Assembly (NCBI GenBank): GCA_963766735.1
Contig: CAVYBU010000030.1
Location: 128,001-192,000 of the forward strand
Length of the DNA stretch: 64,000 nt
Source of the DNA: an uncultured Chloroflexia bacterium
Lineage (GTDB): Bacteria > Chloroflexota > Limnocylindria > Limnocylindrales > CSP1-4
Direction of reading: 5' to 3'
The notes below the pieces were generated by a model. It ran no database searches. It saw only the letters and a program-made list of their open reading frames with translations, and was not told the DNA's origin. A program made the translations under genes and the position numbers. The first letter of the stretch is position 1; each line of letters starts with the position of its first letter. Of the stretch, positions 34,508-43,139 are shown in pieces.

Positions 34508-34711
34508 TCAGCTCTCCGGGGCCTCCTCCGCGGGGACGATTTTCGCGCTCCCGGCGCTCGGGCGGATCTCGCTCACGTGTCCGTCGTCCCACCGGACGCG
34601 GTAGTTCACGCCGGCTGGCGACTCGAACACCTCGAGGACCTCGCCCTCGCGGACGTGCTGTCCGACCCTCTCGGTTTCGATGATGATGTGGTCTCCCGCC
34701 TTGCCCGTCAT
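34508..34711 (-). CDS. DUF1918 domain small protein
   Basis: KAGDHIIIE...VGQHVREGEVLEV...YRVRWDDGH; AAGGAGG RBS. Confidence 0.85.
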   Translation of the reverse strand: MTGKAGDHIIIETERVGQHVREGEVLEVFESPAGVNYRVRWDDGHVSEIRPSAGSAKIVPAEEAPES

Positions 34712-34932
34712 GGCTCCAACCTCCTTCGGCGCGACGTCCCCAGCATCGGTCCGGACGATGGTGTCCGCTAGGTCCGTTCGGTCCGTTCGGGTGGCACGTG
34801 GGCGGATATCGGGCGGTGGAGCGTCGGGCGGTTGGACCTGTGCCGGCTGGACATGGTTGACGCGCGGGAGACAATCGACCCCACCCGGTCGCGTGCGCAC
34901 CGCCGGCCGATGGCCACGTCCATGGAGAGCAC

Positions 34933-35208
34933 ATGAAAGCGTCCCCCTTCCCGGCCAGCGTCCTGCGGCCGGCGTCACCCATGGCGACCTGTACCTGCGA
35001 GCACTGGGTCCACTGCGACTGCACATGTCATGGGCGTGACTGCGATCCGCTGGAACAGGCGTGCGACGTCGCCTGGCTGGCCGACGATGGTGGCCTGACC
35101 TATTGGGGGTGCCCTTCCTGCATGCCCGGGCAGGGCACGCTGCACTACCTTGGTTGCGAGATGATTGGCTGGAACGTGCCCCTGCAGCGGCTCGACGCCC
35201 CCTCCTGA
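34933..35208 (+). CDS. Small Cys/His-rich putative metal-binding protein
   Basis: GGAG RBS; 10 Cys and 4 His in about 60 residues. Confidence 0.65.
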   Translation: MKASPFPASVLRPASPMATCTCEHWVHCDCTCHGRDCDPLEQACDVAWLADDGGLTYWGCPSCMPGQGTLHYLGCEMIGWNVPLQRLDAPS

Positions 35209-35356
35209 GCCCGCCCCGGGCGACCGGCCCGCAGCGTTCGGAGCCGCGCCATCTCGCGGAGTGCGAATCCGGACGATACTGACCCTGACGCCGGGCAGGC
35301 TCCTCGACCCGCCCGGCTCGCAGCCGCGAGGAATGCATGTTCAATACGGTGGTGAG

Positions 35357-36376
35357 GTGACCTACGACCTCGTGGTGTTCCCGGTCGATCGGGCGCTGAC
35401 CTTCGAGGAAGCGTCGGCTGCCATCGATGCCGTCGGCCGCGCCGGCACGCCGGGTGCCGCGCGCGATCCCCGCCTGGACCCGTTCATCGCCGCGATGCGG
35501 AAGCGGTACTGGCGGCTGCGCGTGATCGGGCTGCTGCCGCCGCCATTCGAGTTCGACGTTCTCGCGGGGCACGTCTTCATCAGCGTCCCGCGGAGCAGGG
35601 CCGCGGAGGTTGCCACGGCCGTCGGCGACGCCGCGTACCGCTCCGGGCTCGCCGTCCTTGACTCCCAGCGCACGGCCGTCGGCCTGCCGGCGCCGTACGC
35701 GGATGCTCCGATGACGGCCGAGGGCATCGAGCCCGACGTCACGTCGGGCGGCGACGCGCTGGCGAGGATCCGGCCGGGCGCGTTCCTTGCATCCAGCGGC
35801 CCCGAAGACGTCCAGGGCGGCGCCTCCAGCGGGCCGTCAGGGATCGGCGTGCACACGACGGGTCCGCTCGACGCGGAGGCACCCGGGGACGGCGCCGACG
35901 AGACCGCGGCCGACCCCCGGCGCGTGCCCACGAGCCTCCAGACGCCCGAGCACAGGGCGGAGCTCATCGGCGCCCTGGTCTCGACGAAGGTGGGAGAGCG
36001 GCACAGCGCGCTCGGCGAGCTCGCAGGCTGGGATCCGGATCCGGTGGTTGCGGCCGCGTTGAGGCCGATCCTCGCCTCGGACGATGTCTTCGCGGCGAGC
36101 GAGGCCGCCACAGGCCTGGCACGCCAGGCCGATGTCACGGATCTGCCCGGGGTCCTGAACCTCGTCTACCGCCTTTCGCCCGCGGACGGCGGGACCACGG
36201 AGGCGATGCTGATCCCGCTTCGCGCGGCCCTCTCCCTGGCGGAGCTCGGCGGCCCGGTGGCTGTCGAGGGCGTGAAGGACAGGGCGCGAACCTGGCGTGG
36301 GGCCCGCAAGGTCCGCCACCAGTCCTGGGAGCAGGTGTTCGACCAGGAGCTGGACGAGCTGCTCGAGGACGGGTAG
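35357..36376 (+). CDS. Hypothetical protein with C-terminal HEAT-like helical repeats
   Basis: Leaderless GTG (TACGGT-N6); N-terminal TYDLVVF...GLAVLDSQ domain, low-complexity linker, HEAT-like ALGELA...AATGLA. Confidence 0.65.
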   Translation: MTYDLVVFPVDRALTFEEASAAIDAVGRAGTPGAARDPRLDPFIAAMRKRYWRLRVIGLLPPPFEFDVLAGHVFISVPRSRAAEVATAVGDAAYRSGLAVLDSQRTAVGLPAPYADAPMTAEGIEPDVTSGGDALARIRPGAFLASSGPEDVQGGASSGPSGIGVHTTGPLDAEAPGDGADETAADPRRVPTSLQTPEHRAELIGALVSTKVGERHSALGELAGWDPDPVVAAALRPILASDDVFAASEAATGLARQADVTDLPGVLNLVYRLSPADGGTTEAMLIPLRAALSLAELGGPVAVEGVKDRARTWRGARKVRHQSWEQVFDQELDELLEDG

Positions 36377-36401
36377 AGAGCGGGCTCGCGCCCGCAGGAC
36401 G

Positions 36402-37991
36402 CTAGGGACAGGTTCCCGGGCGGGGCTCCACGCGGTACACGGGCAAGGTGAAGGCCGCGATCGGACTCAGCGAGCCGATCCTGACGGTGAGTGCCTCGGT
36501 CACCGTGAACCGCTCCCGCGTCGGATCCAGGATGCCCGCGTTGACGGGCAGGATGAACACGGGCCGCGAGCAGATCACCGAGTCGATCCGCGCCTCGCGC
36601 GTGCCCCAGCCCTCGTATGCGATGTTCGTGTCGTCCACGATCAGCACGTCCGGCCGCTCCCCGAGAACGAACTGGGCATGCCACAGGGGCGGCGACGCCC
36701 CCCAGAACGAGAAGATCGCGGCGTTCTCCGGCAGCGCCGCGAACAGCGTGTCGACGTAGATCCGGGCGGAACGATCGCCGCTCCTGTCCGCCGCTGGCAG
36801 GTTGACGGCCATCAGCATCACCGCGAACGCAATTGCGGCGATGGGGATCGCGTACCCCGCAGCGTCGTTGACCGGTCGCGGCAGGTGGGTTTCCAGCGCC
36901 CGTGCCGCCTCCTCGAGCGCTACCGCGGCGCCGATGCCCAGCAGCAGCCAGGGCACCAGCAGGTAGTGCTCGAGCCGCAGGTAGTTCGCCCAGGCGTAGA
37001 TCCCAGCGACAAGCGCCCCCGCACATGCAAGGCCGAACGCGGGCCGCCGCACCACGAGGACGACGAGGCCGGCGAGGCCCACCACCGGAACGACCACCGT
37101 TGCCCGGGAGAGCGCGGTCGTCCAGAGCGTTGGCAGGCCGTCCCACAGGGGGCCCAGGCTCGCCATCGTGAACAGGCGGTCGTACTGGCCTCGGAACTGC
37201 TCCCCGGTGACGAGGAAGCGAAAGGCGTCATAGGTCGTCGGGTGGTTGTAGGGGAGCGCAGGTTCGAAGGCCGCAGCGATCGGGATGTAGAGGTACACCG
37301 CCAGGCCCGCCAGCACGGTCGCCACCGGCACCAGGATCAGCCGCTTCCGGTCCAGGAGCGTCCACCGGCCCGCCCACAGTGCGAACAGCACGAAGAACGG
37401 GGCCACGAACGCGGTCAGCAGGTGGTTGCCAAGCGACAGGCCGATCAGCAGGCCGCCGATCGCCAGGTCGCGCGTGCGCCGTCCGTCAGCCCAGGCCAGG
37501 GAGCGATCCACGAGGAGCGCGATCAAGGCGAGGTGGAGCGCGTTGACCTCCGCGACGACCGCGGAGCCCCAGATGGTACCGATCGCCCCCGTCGCGACGC
37601 CCACCGCGACCGCGATCGCCGGACGCACGCCGAGCCGAAGCGTCGTGGACGTCATCGCTGCCAGCGCCACCGCGACGCACACGGCGGCGAACAGGTTGGC
37701 GCGGAACGCGACGGACCCGATCGGCAGCAGCTCGAACAGCCAGGCCGTGATGACGTACGTGGGGTAGCCCGTCGGGTGGGCGATGCCGAGCACGTTGGGG
37801 ACCGTCTGCAGCTCGCCCCAGTCGTCGAACGCCATGTCCGGCAGGAGCGTCCGCAGGTAGAGCACCAGCGAGACGGCGAACACGACGAATGGCGCGATGC
37901 GTGCGCCAGGCGACGGCGGGACCGGCCGCTCCGCAACCGGATCCCAGCCCGGCGAGGAGCCGAGCGGCGGCCGCGATCGGTCTCGATCCAT
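36402..37991 (-). CDS. DUF2723/TMEM260-like GT-C membrane glycosyltransferase
   Basis: DWGELQ, GIAHPTGYP, VVAEVNAL, LGNH, YLYIPI; many TM segments. Confidence 0.82.
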   Translation of the reverse strand: MDRDRSRPPLGSSPGWDPVAERPVPPSPGARIAPFVVFAVSLVLYLRTLLPDMAFDDWGELQTVPNVLGIAHPTGYPTYVITAWLFELLPIGSVAFRANLFAAVCVAVALAAMTSTTLRLGVRPAIAVAVGVATGAIGTIWGSAVVAEVNALHLALIALLVDRSLAWADGRRTRDLAIGGLLIGLSLGNHLLTAFVAPFFVLFALWAGRWTLLDRKRLILVPVATVLAGLAVYLYIPIAAAFEPALPYNHPTTYDAFRFLVTGEQFRGQYDRLFTMASLGPLWDGLPTLWTTALSRATVVVPVVGLAGLVVLVVRRPAFGLACAGALVAGIYAWANYLRLEHYLLVPWLLLGIGAAVALEEAARALETHLPRPVNDAAGYAIPIAAIAFAVMLMAVNLPAADRSGDRSARIYVDTLFAALPENAAIFSFWGASPPLWHAQFVLGERPDVLIVDDTNIAYEGWGTREARIDSVICSRPVFILPVNAGILDPTRERFTVTEALTVRIGSLSPIAAFTLPVYRVEPRPGTCP

Positions 37992-38135
37992 GGGCGGGGG
38001 TCCCCTCGTGGGTAGCGGGCGCCGGACGGTGCGCAGCGATCCTAGTCGACGGTGGCGATCCCGGGAGCGGTGCGGACGTCGGTGGTCACGGCCGGGGTGG
38101 GGGATGGCCGCAGTGTCTCCGACCGCGCGGTACCC

Positions 38136-38642
38136 CTACAGGCCCACGGCGATTGCCCGCCCCTTGGACGGTCGGCGGAGATCGTCGATGGCGGCGGACG
38201 CGGCCTTGATCTGGGCGGCTGCCTCGTCCGTGCCGAGGTCCAGGCGGCAGTAGGTGAAGCGCCCGGGGAGCACGCGTTCCATCATCGCACCCAGCCACTT
38301 CGTGAGATCCGTGCGATGACCCTTGCGGTTGCGCACGCCCGGGGTGATGGCGTGGATCAGCACCAGGCGACGCCGACTCCGCTCGAGCCACGGCCAGTAC
38401 TGGAGGACGTTCTCGGCCGGGTGTGTGTGCTTCTCCTCCACCTGGAGCGCCACCCATGCATGGTCACCAATCTCGGCCAGTCCACCGGCCACCCCGCCGA
38501 GGCCCACGACTCCATTGCCGGCGAACCTGACGTCGAGCATCCTGCCCAGCCTCTTCGCCACCTGGGCGTCGGTGAGGTCGCCCCATTCCTGTTTCGCCAA
38601 GGTTCGCCCCCACGCTCGAAGGGATCGGAGTCCCAACTCCAT
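38136..38642 (-). CDS. Hypothetical protein
   Basis: Globular-looking 168-aa ORF filling the gap downstream of nrdJ; start could be 38642 or 38651. Confidence 0.65.
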   Translation of the reverse strand: MELGLRSLRAWGRTLAKQEWGDLTDAQVAKRLGRMLDVRFAGNGVVGLGGVAGGLAEIGDHAWVALQVEEKHTHPAENVLQYWPWLERSRRRLVLIHAITPGVRNRKGHRTDLTKWLGAMMERVLPGRFTYCRLDLGTDEAAAQIKAASAAIDDLRRPSKGRAIAVGL

Positions 38643-38712
38643 CGGCCCCATTAGACACCGAGCGCCGGGTCTGTGCGGCCGGGCCCGCCGGGCATCCCCG
38701 GCCGCTCGAGGA

Positions 38713-41700
38713 TCAGCTGCAGCCGGAGGTGCTCCCGCAGTTGAGACACTTGTAGCAGGAGCCGTTGCGGACCATGATCGAGCCGCATTCAGCACAGGAC
38801 GGGGCGTCCGCCTGGGTGGCAAAGGCGACCTTCGGGCCGCCGCCGAGCGACCCGGCCCCGTTGCCTTTTGTTGACCCGTTGCCGTTGGCCGCGCCGTTGG
38901 TCGCGATGACCGTCAGCCCGTCCTTGGCGGCGGGCGCCGGCTCGACCGCCGTCGCCGCCGTCGCCGGTGGGGCGGCGTCCACCGCCGGCGCAGCCGCCGG
39001 AGCGGAACCCCTTGCCGTGTCGTCCCTGACCGGCGTGCGCGCCGGGGCGGGGACCGAGACGACTGCCTCTGACTGGGCGGTGATGCCCTCGTCCGCACGC
39101 GGGCGCAGGGCGCTGGCGCCGAACGCGTCTGGCGCGTCCGCCACCACCTGGGCACGCTCCTGGAGCCCGAGCGAGGACCGATCCTCGGCCGGCAGGAAGC
39201 GTGATCCCATCCAGCGGAAGATGTAGTCCACGAGGGACTTGGCGATCGGGATCTCCTGGTTGCCGGTGAAGCCGCTGGGCTCGAACCGCACGTGCGCGAA
39301 CTTGTTGACCACGTCCTTCAGCGGGACGCCGTACTGGAGCGCCAGGCTGACCGAGGTCGCCAGGGTGTCCATCAGGCCGCTGATCGTGGAGCCTTCCTTG
39401 GCCATCTTGAGGAAGATCTCGCCGGGCTGGCCGTCCGGGTACAGCCCGACGGTGATGTAGCCCTCGTGGCCGGAGATCTCGAACTTGTGGGTGACCGCGG
39501 CCCGCTCTGCCATGAGCCGGCGGCGATGCGGGCGGGTGGCCTCGACCTGGGCAGCCGCCAGCTGCGTGCGCAGGGCCTCGATGGTCTCCCGGTCCTCGGC
39601 GGAGCCCTCGTCCTTCTTCTTGCCAGTGCTGAGCGGCTGGCTGCGCTTGGAGCCGTCGCGGTAGATGGCGATGGCCTTGAGGCCCTGCTTCCAGCCCTCG
39701 AGATAGACGGTCTCGATCTCCTCGGCCGTGGCGCTCTCGGGCATGTTGACGGTCTTGCTGATGGCACCCGACAGGAACGGCTGGACAGCGCCCATCATCC
39801 GGATGTGGCCCATGTAATGGATGGACCGCTCGCCGTTGACCGGCTTGAAGGCGCAGTCGAAGACGGAGAGGTGCTCGGGCCTGAGGCCGGGCGCGCCCTC
39901 GATCGTCTCTCGCTCGTTGATGTAGGCCAGGATGTCCTCGACCTGGCTCGGGGTGTAGCCGAGCTTGCGCAGGGCCGCCGGCACGGTCTGGTTGACGATC
40001 TTGAGGTAGCCCTCGCCGACCAGCTTCTTGTACTTGATGAGCGCGATGTCGGGCTCGATGCCGGTGGTATCGCAATCCATCATGAACGCGATCGTTCCCG
40101 TCGGCGCAAGCAGGCTTGTCTGCGCATTGCGATATCCGTGCGCGCGCCCGATCTCGAGGGCCTCATCGATGACCTGCCGGGCCGCTTCCAGCATCTCGCT
40201 CGGCACGCCCTCCGCAGGGAGGCTGTGGGCGGCGTCGCGATGCATCTCGATCACGCGCAGGAACGGATCCCGGTTCTTGTCGAACTCGACGAATGGCCCG
40301 CCATGATCACGGGCAATCACCGCGGACTGCCGATACGACTCTCCATGCATGATGGCGGTCACGGCGCCGGCGTAGGCGCGCCCCTCGTCGGAGTCGTAGG
40401 CGAGGCCGCGGTTCATGAGCAGCGCGCCGAGGTTGGCGTAGCCCAGGCCCAGCGGCCGATACCGGTGGCTGTTCTCCTCGATCCTCGCCGTCGGGTAGGA
40501 GGCGTTGTCGACCAGGATCTCCTGGGCCGTGATCGTCACCTTCGCCGCGAAGCGGAAGGCGTCGACGTCGAACTCGCCGCTTCCGTCAACGAACTTCATG
40601 AGGTTGATGGAGGCCAGATTGCAGGAGCTGTCGTTGATGAAGCTGAACTCGCTGCACGGGTTGGTCGCGTACTGCCGGGCGCTGTTTGAAACGGGGTTCC
40701 AGTCGTTGATGGTGGTGTCGTACTGGATGCCCGGGTCCCCGCAGAGGTGGGCCGCGTCGGCCATCTGGCGGAAGATGTCCCGCGCCTTGTAGGTGCCGGC
40801 CGGCTGGCCGTCCGAGACCTCGTGGGTCTGCCACTCGGCGTCCCGTTCGACGGCCTTCATGAACTCGTTGGTCACACGGACGGAGTGGTTGGCGTTCTGG
40901 AAGAAGACGCTGCCATACGCCTCACCGGTGAAGGACGGGTCGTAGCCCTGCTCGATGAGGGCCCAGGCCTTCCTCTCCTCGTGCGCCTTGCTGTCGATGA
41001 ACTCGACGATGTCCGGATGGTCCACGTCCAGGATGACCATCTTGGCCGCGCGACGGGTCTTGCCGCCGCTCTTGATCACACCGGCGAACGCGTCGTAGCC
41101 GCGCATGAAGCTGACGGGACCGGAGGCGATGCCGCCGCCCGACATCCTGGCCTTGGACGAGCGGATGGGGGACAGGTTGACGCCCGCGCCGGAACCGTAC
41201 TTGAACAGCATGGCCTCGGTCTTGGCGAGATCCATGATGCTGCTCATGTTGTCCTGGACCGAGTTGATGAAGCACGCACTGCATTGCGGCTTCTGCTCGA
41301 TGCCGACGTTGAACCAGACCGGCGAGTTGAACGCCATCTTCTGGTGGACCAGGAGGTGGGTCAGCTCCGCCTGGAACGCGGCGAGGTCCTCGTCCGTGGC
41401 GAAGTAGCGGTTCGTCTCGGCCCAGGCCGCGATGGTGTTGACCACGCGGTCGATGAGCTGGCGGACGCTGTGCTCGCGCTCCGGCGTGCCGACATGGCCG
41501 CGGAAGTACTTGCTGACCACGACGTTCGTGGCGAGCTGGCTCCAGAAGACCGGGACCTCGACGTCCTTCTGCTCGAAGACGGTCTTGCCGCTCTCCGAGG
41601 AGATGCCGGCGGTCCGGTACTCCCAGGTGATCTCGTCGTAGGGGTGGACGCCGGGGCGGGTCCACCGGCGCTCGAAGGTGAGGCCGCGGGTCCCCTCGCC

Positions 41701-41835
41701 CGTGAAGCTGGCACCGTACTGGCCGCCGAGGCCCTTGCGAGCGCCGTTGGCGCCCTTGTTCCCGGTCTTGCCCGCGCGGGCCTTGGGCGTGGTCCTGTGT
41801 TCCATGACCGGGATGACCTCTCGAGACTGCGCCAT
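38713..41835 (-). CDS. nrdJ: Vitamin B12-dependent (class II) ribonucleotide reductase
   Basis: FNSPVWFN, QCSACFI, GGKTRRAAKM, TNPCSE, APTGTI, TTGIEPD, YRDGSK, TSCPD domain, C-terminal CAECG...CLNCG; start MAQS with GGAGGAG RBS. Confidence 0.95.
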   Translation of the reverse strand: MAQSREVIPVMEHRTTPKARAGKTGNKGANGARKGLGGQYGASFTGEGTRGLTFERRWTRPGVHPYDEITWEYRTAGISSESGKTVFEQKDVEVPVFWSQLATNVVVSKYFRGHVGTPEREHSVRQLIDRVVNTIAAWAETNRYFATDEDLAAFQAELTHLLVHQKMAFNSPVWFNVGIEQKPQCSACFINSVQDNMSSIMDLAKTEAMLFKYGSGAGVNLSPIRSSKARMSGGGIASGPVSFMRGYDAFAGVIKSGGKTRRAAKMVILDVDHPDIVEFIDSKAHEERKAWALIEQGYDPSFTGEAYGSVFFQNANHSVRVTNEFMKAVERDAEWQTHEVSDGQPAGTYKARDIFRQMADAAHLCGDPGIQYDTTINDWNPVSNSARQYATNPCSEFSFINDSSCNLASINLMKFVDGSGEFDVDAFRFAAKVTITAQEILVDNASYPTARIEENSHRYRPLGLGYANLGALLMNRGLAYDSDEGRAYAGAVTAIMHGESYRQSAVIARDHGGPFVEFDKNRDPFLRVIEMHRDAAHSLPAEGVPSEMLEAARQVIDEALEIGRAHGYRNAQTSLLAPTGTIAFMMDCDTTGIEPDIALIKYKKLVGEGYLKIVNQTVPAALRKLGYTPSQVEDILAYINERETIEGAPGLRPEHLSVFDCAFKPVNGERSIHYMGHIRMMGAVQPFLSGAISKTVNMPESATAEEIETVYLEGWKQGLKAIAIYRDGSKRSQPLSTGKKKDEGSAEDRETIEALRTQLAAAQVEATRPHRRRLMAERAAVTHKFEISGHEGYITVGLYPDGQPGEIFLKMAKEGSTISGLMDTLATSVSLALQYGVPLKDVVNKFAHVRFEPSGFTGNQEIPIAKSLVDYIFRWMGSRFLPAEDRSSLGLQERAQVVADAPDAFGASALRPRADEGITAQSEAVVSVPAPARTPVRDDTARGSAPAAAPAVDAAPPATAATAVEPAPAAKDGLTVIATNGAANGNGSTKGNGAGSLGGGPKVAFATQADAPSCAECGSIMVRNGSCYKCLNCGSTSGCS

Positions 41836-42126
41836 GTCGTCCGTTCTCCTCCGCTCCCGCCTCAGCGGGACCACGCTTGCCGTCGGCGGCACGGATGGGG
41901 CGTCCTCGCGGGCAGCGCTGCGTCCCGGGTGCCGGGCGGGACGCGGTGTGCGGGCTTGGGGCTCCGTCCGGCTGGTGATCCGCGGTCACGAGGATGGGGT
42001 GGCACGTAGCTGCGGATCGTCCGTTGGATCGTTCCGGCGCCGGCGGTCAATCCGGTCTGCCGTCCGTGGCGTTGGGCCGCTTTCGGGAGGGTTCCGGGGG
42101 TCGTCCGGCGCTGGGGCGACCTTCAA

Positions 42127-42155
42127 ACTGTACGCCGCGGCGAAAGCGTGGTCAA
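42127..42155 (-). promoter_or_regulatory. Sigma-70 promoter of nrdJ
   Basis: TTGACC-N17-TACAGT on the minus strand. Confidence 0.7.
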
Positions 42156-42163
42156 GCCCTGAA

Positions 42164-42212
42164 CCACAAGATGTAGTGGTCCGATGATCGTTCGCATCGC
42201 AACATGTAGGGA
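42164..42212. promoter_or_regulatory. Tandem NrdR boxes
   Basis: Minus strand CCACTACATCTTGTGG (42164-42179) and TCCCTACATGTTGCGA (42197-42212) fit acaCwAtATaTwGtgt; 33 bp apart; upstream of an RNR gene. Confidence 0.85.
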
Positions 42213-42239
42213 TCGCGCGCGTTGACGCCGCAGGCGCCC

Positions 42240-42333
42240 GCGTCCACGGTCGCGGCCTGTCGTCCACATGCGTGTCCAGGTCTTCCACCGCGGGCGGAGT
42301 GCTTGTCCACCGTCGGTGACGCGGTTGTCCACA
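42240..42333 (+). promoter_or_regulatory. Array of five DnaA-box-like 9-mers
   Basis: GCGTCCACG 42240, TCGTCCACA 42260, TCTTCCACC 42281, TTGTCCACC 42303, TTGTCCACA 42325. Confidence 0.55.
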
Positions 42334-42352
42334 GAACAGACGTTCTATTATA
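42333..42352 (-). promoter_or_regulatory. LexA (SOS) box abutting a TATAAT -10 element
   Basis: AGAAC-agac-GTTCT (42333-42346); minus-strand TATAAT at 42352-42347. Confidence 0.7.
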
Positions 42353-42431
42353 GGCGCCCGCGCCGCACGTCGAACCGGCAGCCGCACCATGCCGATCGGC
42401 GTACCCGGTCAGGCCGGGCGCACCCGGCCCG

Positions 42432-43034
42432 CTACTCCCTCGACGATCCTGCGGCTGCGCGCTGCTCCAGCTCCAGCTCCCAGGTCGGCCGCACCCCGAT
42501 CGCCGCGCGGAGCGCCGAGTCGGCCTCCGCCAGCTCGGCCAGCTTCGCGTCCACGCCGGGAGCATCGGGATCCTCCAGCAGGGTGTCCCGAAGCAGCCCG
42601 ATGTAGGCCTCCGTTCCGGGCCCTTCCAGTGCGGCGAGGGCCTCGAACCTCTCCTGCACCTCGGGGTTCCGCTTCGCCAGCGAGGGCCCGCCTCGCTCCC
42701 TGACCAGGAGCTGGAGCTCGCGGCCCTCGCGCAGGGCACGCCACTCCAGTCGGGCACCGCCGGTGGCCTTGACGACCTGTTCGGGCCGGTAGATTGCGAA
42801 CAGCGAGAAGAGCAGGAAGAAGATCCCGATGTCCATCGGCAGGGCGTTCGAGATCGCGATCAGCAGCCCCACGACGGCCACCGCCATCACCGCCGCCGCC
42901 ACGTTGCCGCCGCCATAGCGCCGCGACCGGAGCTGGAGCTGGAACCACAGGCCCACGCCGAGCACGATCAGGCCGACACCGAGAGCGATCTTCAGCAGGG
43001 CCTGGGTGGGATCCGGATCGATGAAGTCGAGCAT
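42432..43034 (-). CDS. Hypothetical membrane protein with three N-terminal TM segments
   Basis: Hydrophobic N-terminal half and charged helical C-terminal half. Confidence 0.7.
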   Translation of the reverse strand: MLDFIDPDPTQALLKIALGVGLIVLGVGLWFQLQLRSRRYGGGNVAAAVMAVAVVGLLIAISNALPMDIGIFFLLFSLFAIYRPEQVVKATGGARLEWRALREGRELQLLVRERGGPSLAKRNPEVQERFEALAALEGPGTEAYIGLLRDTLLEDPDAPGVDAKLAELAEADSALRAAIGVRPTWELELEQRAAAGSSRE

Positions 43035-43139
43035 CTGTCAAGCATCGGTCAGGTTGGGATCCCGTGCTCGTTGGATCGGCATGCTGGCGGGAGTGCAGTG
43101 CGCACGCCGTCACGCGCCGGACTCCTGGATGGAGCGGCC

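Noticed and set aside
41836-42120. Cobalamin riboswitch upstream of nrdJ
   Set aside because: No GGGAA or GCCACTG B12-box core is seen on the minus strand.
42240-42352. Replication origin (oriC)
   Set aside because: No dnaA or dnaN nearby, no extended AT-rich unwinding element, and only one strong box; promoter regulation is the simpler explanation.
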